DNA of 64,000 bases. It comes from Macrostomum lignano (Eukaryota). Under the pieces are notes generated by a model that ran no database searches, was not told where the DNA came from, and saw nothing but the letters and a program-made list of their open reading frames with translations. The stretch covers positions 930,001 through 994,000 of the forward strand of contig NIVC01000056.1 in assembly GCA_002269645.1 (NCBI GenBank), written 5' to 3'. The position numbers and the translations under genes are program-made. The first letter of the stretch is position 1, and every line of letters starts with the position of its first letter. Of this stretch, positions 1-9,774 are shown piece after piece.

Positions 1-1290
1 CTTGCTGCAGTCTCAGTCACCGGTGCTTCTCCTTGCTACAGTCTCAGTCACCGGTGCTTTCTCCTTGCGGCAGTTTCAGTCACCGGTGCTTTCTCCTTGC
101 TGCAGTCTCAGTCACCAGTGCTTTCTCCTTGCTGCTGTCTCAGTCACCGGTGCTTTCTCCTTGCTGCTGTCTCAGTCACCGGTGCTTTCTCCTTGCTGCT
201 GTCTCAGTCACCGGTGCTTTCGCCTTGCTGCAGTCTCAGTAACCGGTGCTTTCTCCTTGCTGCAGTCTCAGTAACCGGTGCTTCTCCTTGCTGCAGTCTC
301 AGTAACCGGTGCTTCTCCTTGCTGCTGTCTCAGTCACCGGTGCTTTCTCCTTGCTGGTGTCTCAGTCACCGGTGCTTTCTCCTTGCTGCTGTCTCAGTCA
401 CCGGTGCTTTCTCCTTGCTGCTGTCTCAGTCACCGGTGCTTTCTCCTTGCTGCTGTCTCAGTCACCGGTGCTTTCTCCTTGCTGCTGTCTCAGTCACCGG
501 TGCTTTCTCCTTGCTGCTGTCTCAGTCACCGGTGCTTTCTCCTTGCTACTGTCTCAGTCACCGGTGCTTTCTCCTTGCTACTGTCTCAGTCACCGGTGCT
601 TTCTCCTTGCGGCAGTTTCAGTCACCGGTGCTTTCTCCTTGCTGCAGTCTCAGTCACCGGTGCTTTCTCCTTGCTGCAGTCTCAGTCACCGGTGCTTTCT
701 CCTTGCTGCAGTCTCAGTCACCGGTGCTTTCTCCTTGCTGCAGTCTCAGTCACCGGTGCTTTCTCCTTGCTACAGTTTCAGTCACCGGTGCTTTCTCCTT
801 GCTGCAGTCTCAGTCACCGGTGCTTTCTCCTTGCGGCAGTCTCAGTCACCGGTGCTTTCTCTTTGCTGCAGTCTCAGTCACCGGTGCTTTCTCCTTGCGG
901 CAGTCTCAGTCACCGGTGCTTTCTCCTTGCGGCAGTCTCAGTCACCGGTGCTTTCTCCTTGCGGCAGTCTCAGTCACCGGTGCTTTCTCCTTGCTGCAGT
1001 CTCAGTCACCGGTGCTTTCTCCCTGCTGCAGTCTCAGTCACCGGTGCTTTCTCCTTGCTACTGTCTCAGTCACCGGTGCTTTCTCCTTGCGGCAGTCTCA
1101 GTCACCGGTGCTTTCTCCTTGCTGCAGTCTCAGTCACCGGTGCTTTCTCCCTGCTGCAGTCTCAGTCACCGGTGCTTTCTCCTTGCTACTGTCTCAGTCA
1201 CCGGTGCTTTCTCCTTGCTGCAGTCTCAGTCACCGGTGCTTTCTCCTTGCTACTGTCTCAGTCACCGGTGCTTTCTCCTTGCTACTGACT
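1..1290. repeat. 32-bp minisatellite (CAGTCTCAGTCACCGGTGCTTTCTCCTTGCTG), ~40 copies, cut by window start
   Basis: Direct tandem repetition. The overlapping ORFs at 2-1394 all show 32-aa periodicity (three 32-bp units). Confidence 0.97.
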
Positions 1291-2456
1291 CAGTCGCAGC
1301 TGATGCAGACCTAAATTGGCAGTTTAACTTCCTCAGACTGCAGAGTCAGATAAAAATGCTGTTTACGATAGCTACAAGCGTAAATGGCTTTTAAGTGTAA
1401 CGCGCGTAGCTCTTATTTGCTTCTGCAAGCGCCCGCAGTTCTCGTGAATGTGCATACATTTATGTACAAACACGTGCAAATATGCGCAAAACTCTCGTAT
1501 ATGGAGGGGAAGACTACGTACAGAGGACGGAAAAGGGGGTAGAGAATGAAAAAAACACCTGCATTTTGATACGGATAGGAAGACAATTCATGCACGGCTA
1601 GGTAAGGACAGCAACTGTAGAATTCTATAATTGAAATTTTAATCTAATTTTACTTTCTAACCAAGGGTTTTCTAGATATTTAGTTAACTTTGGGTAGGTT
1701 CGAAATATATATATTCTGTGCTATTAAGTGCCTTCAGTCGTCGCCATGAATTCTGGACTGAAGCTCAACAGTTTTAACTGCGCATAGGTATTTATCCTTG
1801 TGTCAACTAACAATCGATTTCATCTTGTGAATAATTTTTATAACGTTTGCATTTCCCGATCTCCATTTCAATTTCTTCCACAACGGGATCGTACTACAAT
1901 ATAAAGCTGTCGTAGCGCAAGTTTGATCGTACGTCGAAACTTCTACACTGCGGAGATAGAAGCTAAGAACGATCTCAACATAGAACGGGCCCAATGTCTT
2001 TTCGCGAGATCAGGCATCCAAGCTCAACAGGATCATTCGTGCTTCATATCCGGAAGAAGTCAATGCACGTAAAACTTGCAAGTTTTGTTAGCAATCACTG
2101 CTTATGAGTACATGTGCATAAAAGATTGAATTAAAAATCGAAAGGCTAACACCTCTAGTTGTTGACACCTGTCAAATTCGTGTCTAATTGATAATCATAA
2201 CGTTTTCACGAGACGTTACCAGCCACAGTTTGGTCGTTGGCTACCAACTGTTTTGAGGGACACTGCAGGAACAACAATAAAAAAATGATTCACTTTAAAA
2301 AGTCGGTTTTGTTATTCCTGATTGCTTCGAATTCTTTAGATTTATTTGCTCAAAGTGATAAATAGCTACTATCTTCAATTGCAGGGGGTGTCAATGGAAG
2401 GAAGGATCCTAAGCATCAAATAAGTCAAGCATTTCAGAGTCATCGAGTTGGCAAAC

Positions 2457-3242
2457 TCAACGCGGTGTCATGATATGCCGGCCTCCGTCTACGGGAACGA
2501 TGGTGCCAGTGATGAAGCTCGCAGCATCCGAGGCTAGAAAGGCCACCACAGTGGCCACCTCCTCCGGTTGGCCGGCCCTGCCCAGAGCGTGCGTGGTCTT
2601 GGACCGCTCCAGGAAGGCGGCATAAGCTTCATCGGACATGCCCGATCGCTTGTGAATCTCCGTGACAATCACGCCAGGATTTACCGAGTTCACGCGAACA
2701 CCCTTAGACGCTAAGTCGAGCGCTGTACACCTGGTGAACTGGTCCAAAGAGGCTTTAGTCATGCAGTAGGTCATGACGTTTGGAAAAGCGCAATTACCAG
2801 CTACGGAGGACACGTTAACAACGCTGCCCCGACCGGAGGCGATCAGGTGCGGCACGGCGGCTTGAGTCAGCTCGATCGCTGTGTCAACATTCAATCGGCG
2901 AAGCCCTTCAGCAGCGCTAGGCGAATAAGTCTCGACGGTGTCGTTGATAAGAGCTCCAGCAGCGTTGACAAGAATGTGCAAGCGGCCGAACGCGTTGACG
3001 GCTGCTGGCACGACTTTGGCCAAATCAGCTGGTTGAAGCAGATCAGCGGAGAGAGTGGCTGCTGACCTGTCCGATCCGACCTGCTTGCAGGCGGCCAGAG
3101 TCTCGTCCAGAGCGGTCTGGCTGCGGCCGACCAGCAGGACTTGAGCGCCGAGGCGAACCAGCTGGACAGCCACTGCTCTACCGATGCCAGAACTGGCCCC
3201 GGTTACTGTGGCAACGCGATCGGTTAGGGATAGGGAGTCCAT
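2457..3242 (-). CDS. Classical short-chain dehydrogenase/reductase (FabG-like), intronless, 261 aa
   Basis: First ATG at 3242 (MDSLSLTDRVATV). Motifs: TGASSGIG Rossmann motif, LVNAAG, NVSS, catalytic YCMTK, VNSVNPG, and the C-terminal FITGTIVPVDGG. Confidence 0.93.
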   Translation of the reverse strand: MDSLSLTDRVATVTGASSGIGRAVAVQLVRLGAQVLLVGRSQTALDETLAACKQVGSDRSAATLSADLLQPADLAKVVPAAVNAFGRLHILVNAAGALINDTVETYSPSAAEGLRRLNVDTAIELTQAAVPHLIASGRGSVVNVSSVAGNCAFPNVMTYCMTKASLDQFTRCTALDLASKGVRVNSVNPGVIVTEIHKRSGMSDEAYAAFLERSKTTHALGRAGQPEEVATVVAFLASDAASFITGTIVPVDGGRHIMTPR

Positions 3243-3283
3243 GAATGAGGGAAGCGTATACTTGTACTTTTCAATGTGCGCTA

Positions 3284-3416
3284 GTTGCCATGGCAATACT
3301 GCTGAGGTGCCTATTCTAGAATCCCGAATTTGTAGACCAGAAACCAGCAGTCTAAAGACGATAAGGGGTCTAGAGATAACTCGGCCCGGATCAATCACGC
3401 TAGTTGCTATAGCAAC
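3284..3416. promoter_or_regulatory. Two RFX X-box-like palindromes upstream of the SDR gene
   Basis: GTTGCCATGGCAAT at 3284-3297 and the perfect palindrome GTTGCTATAGCAAC at 3403-3416. X-box consensus is GTHNYY-AT-RRNAAC. Confidence 0.5.
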
Positions 3417-3443
3417 AATACTAGGGAACCCCTTTTAGATTAC

Positions 3444-3794
3444 AGGCAGGGGCTGTATGCACCCTGGCGCACTTTAAGCGACATTGGCACACAACCGGCG
3501 AGAGGCATTACTTCCCATTCCGCCGACTCCCCTGAGCAGGCACACAAGCGCGCGGATACGTACGCAGTCAGACGCACAGGCACACACTCACACAGGAGTG
3601 TACAGCGGCCCTAACTTTATTTATCGTTAGGCATGTACACTTTACTGCGCCTTGGGGGTTGGCCCTTCAAAGGCGTTAATTGCACGAGCAGAGCAAAGCC
3701 GAGATTCCAATTGAGCCCCAAATTAATGTGACTGCACTTGGAATCGAGCCTGGGCCGCTGGGACATCAGAGCGCCACACTGGACCACTGGGCTC
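3444..3794 (-). mobile_element. tRNA-derived SINE, copy 1 (~350 bp)
   Basis: Highly similar to 48158-48515. The minus-strand 5' end has an A-box-like (T/G)AGCCCAGTGG and a B-box-like GGCTCGATTCC. Confidence 0.75.
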
Positions 3795-3938
3795 TACATG
3801 GATTAATAAATTAAAAAGGTAAAAAAGCATTTTCAATTCCATAATACCATAAACTGACTGTTACATATATATTTGAATCGGGTACAAGATTATTACTAAA
3901 AGCATGTCAGTTTAACAATTCCAAGTTGCAGGCATTTT

Positions 3939-5046
3939 TCATTGATTGTCTTCTTCGCTTTCTTCTTCATACTCTCCGTCATCACCTGACCCATCATCTG
4001 ACTCTCCCAGCCGGTGCCGGATCCAAGCCGAAGCCTGTGCGGCAGTCTCGAACCGTTCCGCCTGCAACAGTCGCAGAAACGTTCGCTTGTCCCGTTCGCG
4101 CAGCTGCTGCATCTCCGAGTCGAGGCTGGCAGCTGCGGCCGCTGCCGCTCCGGCTGACTGATTTGCCACCGATGGCGCCTCTGCCGGGGTCAGCTCTCGC
4201 TGCTGGGCGCACTTCTGACATTCGGCTCGTTCACGGGCGCAGCTCTGACACACCTAGGAGAGAGAGAGGAGATACCATAGAAAACTGGTCATTGTGCTAC
4301 TAGTGATAGTGCTACTAGTCATAGCTATAGAAACTGGTCATAGTGCAACTGTTAATACCCATAGAAACTGGTCATAGTGCAACTGGTCATACCCATAGAA
4401 AATGGTCATAGTGCTACTAGTCATAGCTATAGAAACTGGTCATAGTGCAACTGTTAATACCCATAGAAAATGGTCATAGTGCTACTAGTCATAGCTATAG
4501 AAACTGGTCGTAATGCTACTTGTTATACTCATAAAAACTGGTCATAGTGCTGCTTTTAATACCCATAGAAATTGGTCATACCCATAGAAACTGGTCATAG
4601 TGCTACTAGTCATGCCGATAGAAACAGGTCATAGTGCTACTAGTCATGCCCATAGAAACTGGTCATAGTGCTACTAGTCATGCCCATAAAAACTGGTCAT
4701 AGTGTGGAAGCTCATTCACTATACCGAAATAGATGACTAAATCAAAAGCTTGACAAGCAACCCATAAAATCCGTACACAAGTTCAACTCACAGTGAAATA
4801 AGCGCTCTGTATGCACCGTTTCTCGCAACGCACGCACTTCCTTGGCTGAGTAGGCAGCTTGTACTTTTTATACTTCACCTTCCAGTCTAAAATATCTTTG
4901 CAGCGCTGACAGGTGAGGCCGCCAAAATTCAGTTGATTGACAGTTTTTGTACGCTGAGAAGTGTCATGGATGCTGTTCTTGAATGCATGACTATTCTGGT
5001 GTTTCTGAGGCCTATTTCGATTGGCGTTGCCCCGTTGCGAGCTCAT
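3939..5046 (-). CDS. C9orf85: C9orf85 homolog (DUF2039 Cys-rich protein), 2 exons, 189 aa
   Basis: Exons 5046-4792 and 4253-3939, with donor GTGAGT and acceptor CTCCTAG in phase 0. MSSQRGN..RPQKHQN, CQRCKDILDWKVKYKKYK, CVRC and the spliced VCQSC..ECQKC match the family. Confidence 0.92.
4276..4705. repeat. ~33-bp degenerate minisatellite (ATAGAAACTGGTCATAGTGCTACTAGTC..) in the C9orf85 intron
   Basis: Direct tandem repetition. Confidence 0.9.
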
Positions 5047-5194
5047 GGCTGTAAGATGTACATGTAGTTAAAGTCAGTGCGTGAAGTGCTTTGACCTTTT
5101 ACATTTATGACTTCTAATATGAGATAGCTAGTATGCATACTAGACGAATGGTTTGTAATTATAGGTTCCTACCATGAGGTTCATGCTGATGGCG

Positions 5195-6740
5195 GCGGTT
5201 AGATATATAGGTTGGTTGCTATGGTGTGATTGCTATGGTGCAGTTGCTATGGTGTGATTGCTATGGTGCAGTTGCTATGGTGTGATTGCTATGGTGCAGT
5301 TGCTATGGTGTGATTGCTATGGTGCAGTTGCTATGGTGCGGTTGCTATTGTGTGGTTTCTATAGGTTGGTTGCTATGGTGTGATTGCTATGGTGCAGTTG
5401 CTATGGTGCGGTTGCTATTGTGTGGTTTCTATAGGTTGGTTGCTATGGTGTGATTGCTATGGTGCAGTTGCTATGGTGTGATTGCTATGGTGCAGTTGCT
5501 ATGGTGTGATTGCTATGGTGCAGTTGCTATGGTGCGGTTGCTGTAGGTTTGGTTGTTATGGTGTGGTTGCTATGGTGCGGTTGCTATGGTGTAGTTTTTA
5601 TAGGTTGGTTGCTATGGTGGTGCCTATGGTGGTTGCTATAGGTTGGTAGCTATGGTGGTTGCTATGGTGCGGTTGCTAAGGTGTGGTTTATACAGGTTGG
5701 TTGCTATGGTGTGGTTGCTGTAGGTTTGGTTGTTATGGTGTGGTTGCTATGGTGCGATTGCTATGGTGTAGTTTTTGTAGGTTGGGTGCTATGGTGTGGT
5801 TGCTATGGTGCGGTTGTTATGGTGCGGTTGCTATGGTGTGTCTTTTATAAGTTGGTTGCTATAGTATGGTTGCTATGGTGTGGTTGCTATGGTGTTGTTG
5901 CTATGGTGCATTTGCTATGGTGTGGTTGCTATGGTGCGGTTGCAATGGATTGGTTGCTATGGTGTGGTTTGCTGTAGGTTTGGTTGTTATGGTGTGGTTG
6001 CTATGGTGCGGTTGCTATGGTGTACTTTTTATAGGTTGGGTGCTATGGTGTGGTTGCTATGGTGCGGTTGTTATGGTGCGGTGGCTATGGTGTGGCTTTT
6101 ATAAGTTGGTTGCTATAGTGTGGTTGCTATGGTGTGGTTGCTATGGTGTTGTTGCTATGGTGCGGTTGCTATGGTGTGGTTGCTATGGTGCGGTTGCTAT
6201 GGTGTGTCTTTTATAAGTTGGTTGCTATAGTATGGTTGCTATGGTGTGGTTGCTATGGTGTTGTTGCCATGGTGCATTTGCTATGGTGTGGTTGCTATGG
6301 TGCGGTTGCTATGGATTGGTTGCTATGGTGTGGTTTGCTGTAGGTTTGGTTGTTATGGTGTGGTTGCTATGGTGCGGTTGCTATGGTGTAGTTTTTATAG
6401 GTTGGGTGCTATGGTGTGGTTGCTATGGTGCGGTTGTTATGGTGCGGTGGCTATGGTGTGGCTTTTATAAGTTGGTTGCTATAGTGTGGTTGCTATGGTG
6501 TGGTTGCTATGGTGTTGTTGCTATGGTGCGGTTGCTATGGTGTGGTTGCTATGGTGCGGTTGCTATGGATTGGTTGCTATGGTGTGGTTGCTATGGTGTG
6601 GTTGCTATGGTGCGGTTGTTATGGTGCGGTTGCTATGGTGTGGCTTTTATAGGTTGGTTGCTATAGTGTGGTTGCTATGGTGTGGTTGCTATGGATTGGT
6701 TGCTATGGTGTGGTTGCTATAGTGTTGTTGCTATGGATGG
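5195..6740. repeat. ~14-bp minisatellite (GGTTGCTATGGTGT variants) with a ~366-bp higher-order block duplication
   Basis: Tandem units. The blocks starting at 5866 and 6232 are near-identical, as seen in the duplicated spurious ORFs. Confidence 0.95.
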
Positions 6741-7000
6741 CAAAGTTATGCATGCTCGCTAAACGGTAAGCGGAATGGCATGGTTCTATTAGTTTGTTTA
6801 AATACAAACACACTTGAAAAATCAATACAGAAATTATTAGCTATTAAATTCTGTTTAATACCAACGCCAATCGATATAAAATTGGAAGATGCTACAACAC
6901 AAAAAAAACTTTTCGTTAACAAAAATGCCGATTTCCATATGTATTTTTCTAAACAGTTTGAAACAGTTTAATAACTAAAATTAGCATAGCCTCAGACACA

Positions 7001-7642
7001 TCAGTCCCAGGCATCGCTAATTACAGGATCAGCCGGTGAAAGCCTCAACTGTCCCCACTCCGCCTCGTTGACATCCGAGTCCCTGAGGGCACCCGACAGC
7101 AGAATCCAGCGAGAGAAACAGCCAACATCAATTGGTCTCAATCGAGTCCAGCGCGGTTTCAAATGCTCGCAAGTGTGATCGGGCAGTCGACAGTCCGAGC
7201 TCAGCTCCGTAGCCCATAGCAACGAGACAAATCCCAGATTTAACCGTCTCAATTGTTGAGCATCTGTCAATTGGCACAGTCGGTTAATAAACTCAGCGCA
7301 TCGGGGACTTCTAACCGATGGGGATAATTGTCCCAACTGTAGGCTGCACTGTCGCAACTGATTAGTGTAATCCCCGTAGCTTGGATTGTTTCGCCAAGCC
7401 ACAATGCCTAATGAGGCCACAAACAGGTAAGCCAGAGTTTTACGCGGTGCAGACTCCATGTCGGCCAGGGCTTCCGCGGCAGCTTGTCGGTAATCTACTA
7501 GAAGCCGGCGCAGATAAGAGGACAGATTCGAATACTGACGATGCCAGAAATTTGCTTTCAACTTTTCCTGCTGCTGGGTCTCTAAGGCTGCCGTGCAAAG
7601 TCGGCGAATGAGAACGAGTCGAGCCATAGAGATGATTGGCAT
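7001..7642 (-). CDS. TIMM29: Mitochondrial import inner membrane translocase subunit Tim29 homolog, intronless
   Basis: LLVDYRQAAAEA, a TM segment (TLAYLFVASLGIVAW), RRLNLGFVSL, C.HLKPRWT, DVGCFSRW.L...RDSDVNE.EW match Tim29. First ATG at 7642, alternative at 7627. Confidence 0.88.
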   Translation of the reverse strand: MPIISMARLVLIRRLCTAALETQQQEKLKANFWHRQYSNLSSYLRRLLVDYRQAAAEALADMESAPRKTLAYLFVASLGIVAWRNNPSYGDYTNQLRQCSLQLGQLSPSVRSPRCAEFINRLCQLTDAQQLRRLNLGFVSLLWATELSSDCRLPDHTCEHLKPRWTRLRPIDVGCFSRWILLSGALRDSDVNEAEWGQLRLSPADPVISDAWD

Positions 7643-7763
7643 AAATTTGATCAATTTTAGCCAGGATTTAATGGGTGACGCGTAAAAACTGGAATTTAAC
7701 GATCCTTATAGCAGTAATAATACCAATAATAATAATAGTAACAAAAAAAAAATAATGATAACA

Positions 7764-8414
7764 GTAGTAGTAGCAGAAGTATTAGTAATAGGATTAGTAG
7801 TAGTAGTAGCAGTAGTACTAGTAGTAGTAGTAGTATTAGTAGTAGTAGTAGTAGTAGTATTAGCAGTAGTAGTAGTATTAGTAGTAGTAGTAGCAGTAGT
7901 AGTAGTAGCAATAGTTGTAGTAGTAGTAGTAGTATTAGTAGTAGTAGTAGTAGTAGCAGCAGCAGCAGCAGCAGTAGTAGTAGTGGGGGCACGAGACCAG
8001 CGTCCACGTCGCGCCCCTGGACACCCCGCCAATGTGGCAGGAGCTTCGTGCGATCCTACCATCGACGGGGTGACGAATTGGTCTCACATCCGGGTATGCA
8101 GCCTGGGGGAGCTGTCCCCTTCCGCTGGGTTGGCGGTGGACGGCGGTTTTTACAGCGTAAGCCGCCCTGCAGTGGAGCCCTGCACACCGGGACCTGGGTC
8201 CCCTCGCTTAGTGGCCACTCTCTGCAGGCCGCAAATTGGACTCCGCCGTCTACTGTCCGCCCGCACGGAGTCAGCGCCCTGGCTGCATGGTGCCAGACAC
8301 CCGGTCCTATTGGCTAGCCAGAATGACCGCGACCCGAAGAAGAAGAAGAAGAAGAAGAAGCAGTAGTAGTAGTAGTAGTATTAGTAGTAGTAGTAGCAGT
8401 AGTAGTAGTAGCAA

Positions 8415-8464
<50 letters not shown>

Positions 8465-8575
8465 CTAGTAGTAGTAGTAGTAGTACTAGTAGTAGTAGTA
8501 GTAGTAGTTAGTACTAGTACTAGTAGTAGTAGTAGTCGTGGAAGTAGTAGCAGTAGTAATAGTAGTAGAAGTAGT
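7764..8575. repeat. (TAG)n microsatellite interrupted by a ~380-bp GC-rich insert
   Basis: TAG/CAG runs at ~7764-7984 and ~8361-8575 flank unique sequence. Confidence 0.92.
7985..8360 (+). mobile_element. Retroposon-like insert ending in a (GAA)n tail, probably the 3' end of a non-LTR element
   Basis: GC-rich non-coding island with a terminal (GAA)n run at ~8337-8360, inserted within the (TAG)n tract. Family not identified. Confidence 0.45.
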
Positions 8576-9107
8576 AGTATTATTACTTAAGAGTTGTGGG
8601 CTTAACTACTACTAGTAGTATACTTCTAGAGTTCATCTCCTTATTAAATCCCACTGACTGGCCGGGTGATATTATTGTTTGTATTTTTATTCAAGTCGAC
8701 ACCTCGAAATGAATGGGAGTTTCTACAAAATATCCCTAATCACAAAGCCTAGATAACGATTTATAAAAAAGTTGTAAATCGCAGAAACAATATTCAAAAA
8801 CATTACAGCGAGTAAAATTCCTCGCCAGTTTGCGCGTGTATTTAAATTTGTCCAGCTGACAATAACAGACAAGACGGCAGACAATTGAAATTTTTGCTTT
8901 CAAAACTTTGCTTTTAGCAATTAATGAAAATGCGCATAGTGGGAAAATGTTTTGAAAACAAACCGGTCCTTACATTGTAGCTACTGAAGTGCAGTTCATG
9001 AATATTGCCAAGTTTAAGAAGCACCCACCTAGACTAAGAGAAACCTAGATTCTTTTTTCGTGTTTAGGTTGTTTGTTTAATTAATTTCCTGTAAAGGTTA
9101 TGGGGTT

Positions 9108-9650
9108 GGTTGCTATGGAGTGGATGTAATTAACTGGTTGCTATGGAGTGGATGTAATTAACTGGTTGCTATGGAGTGGATGTAATTAACTGGTTGCTAT
9201 GGTGTGGATGTAATTAACTGGTTGCTATGGAGTGGATGTAATTAAATCGGTTGCTATGGAGTGGATGTAATTAAATCGGTTGCTATGGAGTGGATGTAAT
9301 TAATCGGTTGCTATGGAGTGGATGTAATTAATTGCTATGGAGTGGATGTAATTAATTGGTTGCTATGGAGTGGATGTAATTAACTGGTTGCTATGGAGTG
9401 GATGTAATTAAATCGGTTGCTATGGAGTGGATGTAATTAAATCGGTTGCTATGGAGTGGATTTAATTAATCGGTTGCTATGGAGTGGATATAATTAATCA
9501 GCTGCTATGGAGTGGATATAATTTATCAGTTGCTATGGAGTGGATGTAATTAATCGGTTGCAATGGAGTGCATGTAATTAATCGGTTGCAATGGAGTGCA
9601 TGTAATTAATCGGTTGCTATGGCGTGGATGTAATCAATTGGTTGCTATGG
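9108..9650. repeat. ~27-28-bp minisatellite (GGTTGCTATGGAGTGGATGTAATTAACT)
   Basis: About 20 tandem units. Shares the core GGTTGCTATGG with the 5.2-6.7 kb array. Confidence 0.95.
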
Positions 9651-9774
9651 TTGGTTGATAATAGCTATTCAATGTGATCGTTAATGATTTGTCTTGCAAT
9701 ATTACCAAGATGCCTTAAAGCAAAAGCAATTTAAACTGCATAACAGAGGTACAGGATACCTTCCCAAATCAATT

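Noticed and set aside
2-1394. Overlapping 69-405 aa ORFs
   Set aside because: These are translations of the 32-bp repeat, open in all three frames, with no unique sequence.
1700-2100. Coding-looking stretch (e.g. YDPVVEEIEMEIGKCKRY on the minus strand)
   Set aside because: All frames are interrupted by stops and I recognise no family. It may be a decayed element.
2457-3242. Horizontal transfer of the intronless FabG-like SDR from bacteria
   Set aside because: The C-terminal signature (PGVIVTEIHKRSGM..FLERSKTTHALGR) resembles animal SDRs, and neighbouring native genes (GLRX5, TIMM29) are also intronless. A phylogeny would be needed to claim HGT.
7696-8511. Poly-Leu/Thr/Val/Ser ORFs
   Set aside because: Products of the (TAG)n microsatellite.
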